Origin: Candidatus Eiseniibacteriota bacterium
GTDB lineage: Bacteria > Joyebacterota > Joyebacteria > Joyebacterales > Joyebacteraceae
DNA length: 60,851 nt
Reading direction: 5' to 3'
NCBI GenBank assembly: GCA_030600655.1
Contig: JAUVLP010000003.1
Span: 1 to 60,851 of the forward strand
The position numbers and the translations under genes were made by a program. This document shows, piece by piece, positions 57,996-60,851 of this stretch. The notes beneath the pieces were generated by a model. That model searched no databases. It was given only the letters and a program-made list of their open reading frames with translations, and was not told where the DNA came from. Positions within the stretch are counted from its first letter, which is position 1. Every line of letters starts with the position of its first letter.

Positions 57996-58029
57996 GAAGG
58001 CGGCCACACCGCGCGGTGCGGCCGCCTTC
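57996..58029 (-). terminator. Rho-independent terminator
   Basis: GAAGGCGGCC...GGCCGCCTTC stem followed by TTT on minus strand. Confidence 0.7.
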
Positions 58030-58050
58030 GGTTCTCCTCTGCTGCTCACA

Positions 58051-59127
58051 CTACCAGGCGTATTCGATTTCCAGACGTGGCCGTTTCTCCTCATCCGGGT
58101 GTTCGCGGGAGGCGAATGAGAATCGCACCGGCGTCTCGCTGTAGTCGGTCTCTATGGAGATACCGAGGTTTGTGAAAGCACCCGTCATCCAGTCATCTAC
58201 GAAGCTCGTGATATCGATACCGTACTGTCCGGAGACGTAGCTTACATTCGCGTGGGTGGCGCCACTCGTGTGCTGGAGGGAATCGGCCCAGACGACCTCC
58301 ATCTCGTTCCAGTGGCTCGAGAGATGTCCGACCAGCGTCAGAAGTGGGTCGTCACCGCTTTCCTCCCAGGTATTGTAGAACTTGAGCGTACAGCTTGTGA
58401 CCGCGGCTGTCTCCTCAAGCCCCTCGACGGGCAGGAAGACGTAGAATTTGAACTCCCGTGCGGGACCATTGAACAGGTCGAGCGTGTCGGCTTCTCCGAA
58501 ATTGGTGTTCGGCAGGTCGGATCGCACGCTCACGTCCGCCGTCGGATAGAAGGTTACGGAGGCCAGCTTCTTCAACTCTATGTCCAGCAGCTCATCGTCA
58601 TCATCCATGTGGAGCTGCCTGGTGGATGTCAGGAAACCATCCAGTGAAACCGATATCTGCTCCGCGTCCCTCGGTAGGTCCAGGAATTCGTACGCGCCGT
58701 ACTCATCAGTGATCTCGATCAGGCCATCCACATCGACAACGGCTCCCTCGAGTGGGCCTTCGACAGAGTGGCTCACCGTGCCGTGGAGATGAGTCACTTG
58801 CGCGACGGCGCCCATGAGAACGTTGTGCCGCGTCGCACCAGCTACGTAGACCGATTCGGACAGAGTGTAGTAGCCCGGCGCTGCGACAAGCAGGGATCGC
58901 CAGCCTTCTCCGAGTCCCAGGAGCATGTAGTATCCGGACGCGTCAGTTATGCAGATGACACCATCGCACTCGACGTACGCACCTTGAAGGGGAACTCTTG
59001 TTTCTGTGCCTGTCACCGTTCCGCTGAGGGAGCCGGGGCGAACAGGGGTTAGATCGCAGGCGGCCAGATACATGGACAGACCTGCCAGAAGCAATGTCAC
59101 TGCGGTGCGATACCTCTGGTTTCCCAC
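58051..59127 (-). CDS. Lipoprotein with two carboxypeptidase-regulatory-like domains and C-terminal DNRLRE/CBM96-like domain
   Basis: LAAC lipobox; two G.V....PL.GA.V...TD..G.Y repeats; ADVSV....PNTNFG...FASRE...RPRLEIEY; GGAGG before GTG 59127. Confidence 0.75.
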   Translation of the reverse strand: MGNQRYRTAVTLLLAGLSMYLAACDLTPVRPGSLSGTVTGTETRVPLQGAYVECDGVICITDASGYYMLLGLGEGWRSLLVAAPGYYTLSESVYVAGATRHNVLMGAVAQVTHLHGTVSHSVEGPLEGAVVDVDGLIEITDEYGAYEFLDLPRDAEQISVSLDGFLTSTRQLHMDDDDELLDIELKKLASVTFYPTADVSVRSDLPNTNFGEADTLDLFNGPAREFKFYVFLPVEGLEETAAVTSCTLKFYNTWEESGDDPLLTLVGHLSSHWNEMEVVWADSLQHTSGATHANVSYVSGQYGIDITSFVDDWMTGAFTNLGISIETDYSETPVRFSFASREHPDEEKRPRLEIEYAW

Positions 59128-59324
59128 GGGTACCTCCAGCCAGGGGGCTCCTGTCCGGCAAGTGAAATGAGCCTCAGCTTGCACTCTACCAGATTCCGGA
59201 TACGGTCTCCAGCCGATTCTGAGGAGACGGCATATCAGGAACTGGAGCTTGACCTTAGCTTCAGTAGGGCTGACAATCGACCGCAAACCAAGAGGAGGGC
59301 AATCGAGGCCATAGGGGTGGCGAG

Positions 59325-60572
59325 ATGCGCATCGATGTACCATACGGCACGAGACATATCACTGTCGATATAGAGGAAGGGAGCTTCGCGGGGGCAATCG
59401 GTCTCAACGAAGTCGACATCGTCGATGAGGACGAGACGCTCACTCGCGTTCTGGAGCACCCCGTGGATTGCGGATCGTTCGCCAGTTTTCTGGCGGGTGC
59501 AGATGAGCTGACAGTGATCGTGAATGATCGCACGCGCCCCACCCCCACAGCTCGGATCCTGAAACTCATCCATCCACAGATCAAAGATGTTCGCTGCCTG
59601 AAGTTCATCGTGGCTACTGGTGTCCACAGGGCTCCTACGGAGAACGAGTACCGAGAGATCCTGGGTGACCTCTACGAGGAGTACCGGGAGAGAATCATCG
59701 CGCACGATGCCCGACGATCCATGGACATGCTTCACGTTGGGAGATCGAAGAGCGGAACCGAGCTGTATGTGAACGCCAATGTTGCCAATGCAGAAAGAAT
59801 TCTCATCATCGGCTCAGTTGAACCACACTATTTTGCCGGCTACACGGGCGGTAGAAAAGCGCTTCTGCCAGGTGTTGCATCGTACGAAACCATCGAGCAG
59901 AACCACAGTCTTGCTCTCCTGGAAGGCGCCGAATCACTGACTCTCGACGGCAATCCGGTTCATGAAGACATGGTTGATGCGATAAGGCACATCGGGTGCC
60001 GCAGCATGTTCTGCATCATGACGGTGCTCGACAGGCATCACCGTGTCTATGCGGCGGCCGCCGGTGATATCAACGGGTCGTTCTCCGCGATGATCGCTCC
60101 GGCACTGGAGGTCTTCTCAGTTGAGATCCAGGGGAAGGCGAACATTGTGGTGGCCGTTGCGCCCCATCCGATGGACATCGACCTCTATCAGTCACAGAAG
60201 GCGATCGAGAACGGTAAACTGGCACTCAAGGACGGAGGGATTCTCATTCTCGTTGCCCAGTGCAGAGACGGTATCGGTGAGGACGCGTTCATCAGACTTC
60301 TGAGAGTGTCTCGAGATCCCTCCGCTGTGCTCGCGGAGGTTGACAAATGCTACAAGCTTGGTTACCACAAGGCGGCGAGATTGGCCGAGACGGCGAAGTG
60401 GGCGCAAATGTGGGTCGTGAGCGACCTTGCACCGACAGAGCTCGACGACATTCTGCTCCGTCCTTTCTCCTCGCTCCAGCGTGCGATCGACGAGGCCCTG
60501 TTCACCAAGGGCAGCGATGCGAGCATACTGTTTCTGATGGCTGCCAGTATGACCGTGCCGCGAATCGCATAG
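59325..60572 (+). CDS. larA: Nickel-pincer-dependent lactate racemase family protein
   Basis: VNDRTRPTP, ATGVHR, HD, VEPHYFAGYTGGRK, DLYQSQK. Confidence 0.9.
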   Translation: MRIDVPYGTRHITVDIEEGSFAGAIGLNEVDIVDEDETLTRVLEHPVDCGSFASFLAGADELTVIVNDRTRPTPTARILKLIHPQIKDVRCLKFIVATGVHRAPTENEYREILGDLYEEYRERIIAHDARRSMDMLHVGRSKSGTELYVNANVANAERILIIGSVEPHYFAGYTGGRKALLPGVASYETIEQNHSLALLEGAESLTLDGNPVHEDMVDAIRHIGCRSMFCIMTVLDRHHRVYAAAAGDINGSFSAMIAPALEVFSVEIQGKANIVVAVAPHPMDIDLYQSQKAIENGKLALKDGGILILVAQCRDGIGEDAFIRLLRVSRDPSAVLAEVDKCYKLGYHKAARLAETAKWAQMWVVSDLAPTELDDILLRPFSSLQRAIDEALFTKGSDASILFLMAASMTVPRIA

Positions 60573-60607
60573 CGGGGATCCTGTCAAGACAAGTGGAGGA
60601 CTGACCG

Positions 60608-60851
60608 TTGCGTTGCTTCTTTGCATCTGATCTGCACGGCGGGATCGATCGTTACCGGAAGCTGTTTGCGCGGATTATCGCCGAGCGTCCTGAAGCCGTC
60701 TTTCTTGGGGGAGATCTGCTGCCGTCGTTTGCCGTCCTGCGGTCGCACGAATCATCTCATGCGGATTTTCTCGAAGACTTCATTGCGGTCGAGCTCAAGC
60801 GTCTACGTGCCACGCTCGGGCCGGACTATCCCGCGGTGCTGATCATTCTCG
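60608..60851 (+). CDS. Calcineurin-like metallophosphoesterase (3' truncated; absent from the ORF track)
   Basis: GGAGG then TTG: MRCFFASDLHG...VFLGGDLLP...AVLIIL, open to window end. Confidence 0.8.
   Translation, partial: MRCFFASDLHGGIDRYRKLFARIIAERPEAVFLGGDLLPSFAVLRSHESSHADFLEDFIAVELKRLRATLGPDYPAVLIIL

Noticed and set aside
1-60851. CRISPR array, prophage, rRNA or intact IS
   Set aside because: No regularly spaced repeats, phage hallmark genes, rRNA signatures or full-length transposase seen

Overview
A roughly 60% GC bacterial chromosome segment from a diderm, probably anaerobic organism. An FCB-related candidate lineage is suggested by LptE, FadL, TonB-C, a T9SS/FlgD-like C-terminal domain and a C-terminal SWxxIKALYR tail; this placement is inference only. 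The window appears to span the replication terminus. Genes from 1 to 27650 are on + (pheT, zapB, zapA, probable 6S RNA, rarA, rny, ymdB, folD, xseAB, ispA, dxs, nadK, tRNA-Arg, sugar-nucleotide genes, lptE, holA, fadL-like, leuS). Genes from 27647 to 59127 are on -. A near-canonical XerCD dif site (28522-28549) lies at the switch, inside an open reading frame. The right arm holds a 15-kb pyrimidine plus purine biosynthesis superoperon headed by a PyrR-type attenuator, a stand-alone NrdD-type glycyl-radical domain next to a DUF1858 protein, a secreted protein with a candidate C-terminal sorting tail, an ABC exporter, a pseudogene/IS110 relic patch with an orphan sigma54 promoter, and an atypical P-type ATPase, followed by larA on +. 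All calls come from reading motifs by eye; no database searches were run. No CRISPR array, rRNA or intact mobile element was seen.
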